This document shows positions 63,837-64,000 of a stretch of DNA of 64,000 nt, piece by piece (the stretch's first letter is position 1; every line of letters starts with the position of its first letter). The position numbers were made by a program, and so were the translations under genes. The notes beneath the pieces were generated by a model that was given only the letters and a program-made list of their open reading frames with translations, did no database searches and was not told where the DNA came from. Source of the DNA: a virus; IMG/VR virus record IMGVR_UViG_3300017770_000005, positions 12,051-76,050 of that record; one strand, given 5' to 3'.

Positions 63837-64000
63837 ATGTTTAAAACCACTTTGGACCTTTTCACATTCAACCAGAGCAATGATCATGATGAAATGATTG
63901 ATGCTATGGCAGAGACTTACTTCAAAGCAATGACAACTTGTGCAGCAGATAACCGCAATTTTGATGCAATTGCTTGCTATCAGGAGTGGGTTGTTGATGG
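63837..64000 (+). CDS. Hypothetical protein, 3'-truncated
   Basis: MFKTTLDLFTFNQSNDHDEMIDAMAETYFKAM..., open to the window end. Confidence 0.55.
   Translation, partial: MFKTTLDLFTFNQSNDHDEMIDAMAETYFKAMTTCAADNRNFDAIACYQEWVVD

Overview
AT-rich 64 kb segment of a T4-like cyanophage (cyanomyovirus, Kyanoviridae-like; Synechococcus/Prochlorococcus host inferred from cp12 and cpeT). Gene order: (1) replication/transcription genes (exonuclease, gp33, gp59, gp32); (2) baseplate/tail-tube cluster (gp53, gp48, gp2-like, gp4, gp54/19-like, gp26, gp51, two large tape-measure-like proteins carrying muralytic domains, hub, gp5 pieces) with cp12, cpeT and an unusual tRNA-Ile(UAU); (3) about 27 kb of large virion/tail-fibre genes, including an S8 protease-LamG fusion, a fibre with a type-1-copper-like motif and a tandemly duplicated two-gene cassette; (4) an accessory island in which seven 2OG-Fe(II) oxygenase genes surround a small-fibre cassette; (5) small early-type genes behind a repeated palindrome-plus-promoter element. 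The best candidate for an undescribed system is the island at 50.4-59.5 kb. One small fibre paralogue there carries a ~250-aa arginine-rich insert (about 80 Arg, no Lys or Glu) between its HxH motifs, next to a long glutamate-rich coiled-coil protein. Other notable signals are a slippery gp26/gp51 junction, the long-variable-arm tRNA, a possible NblA-like ORF missed by the ORF track and a repeated phased A-tract element. All calls come from motif recognition and gene order; no database searches were run.
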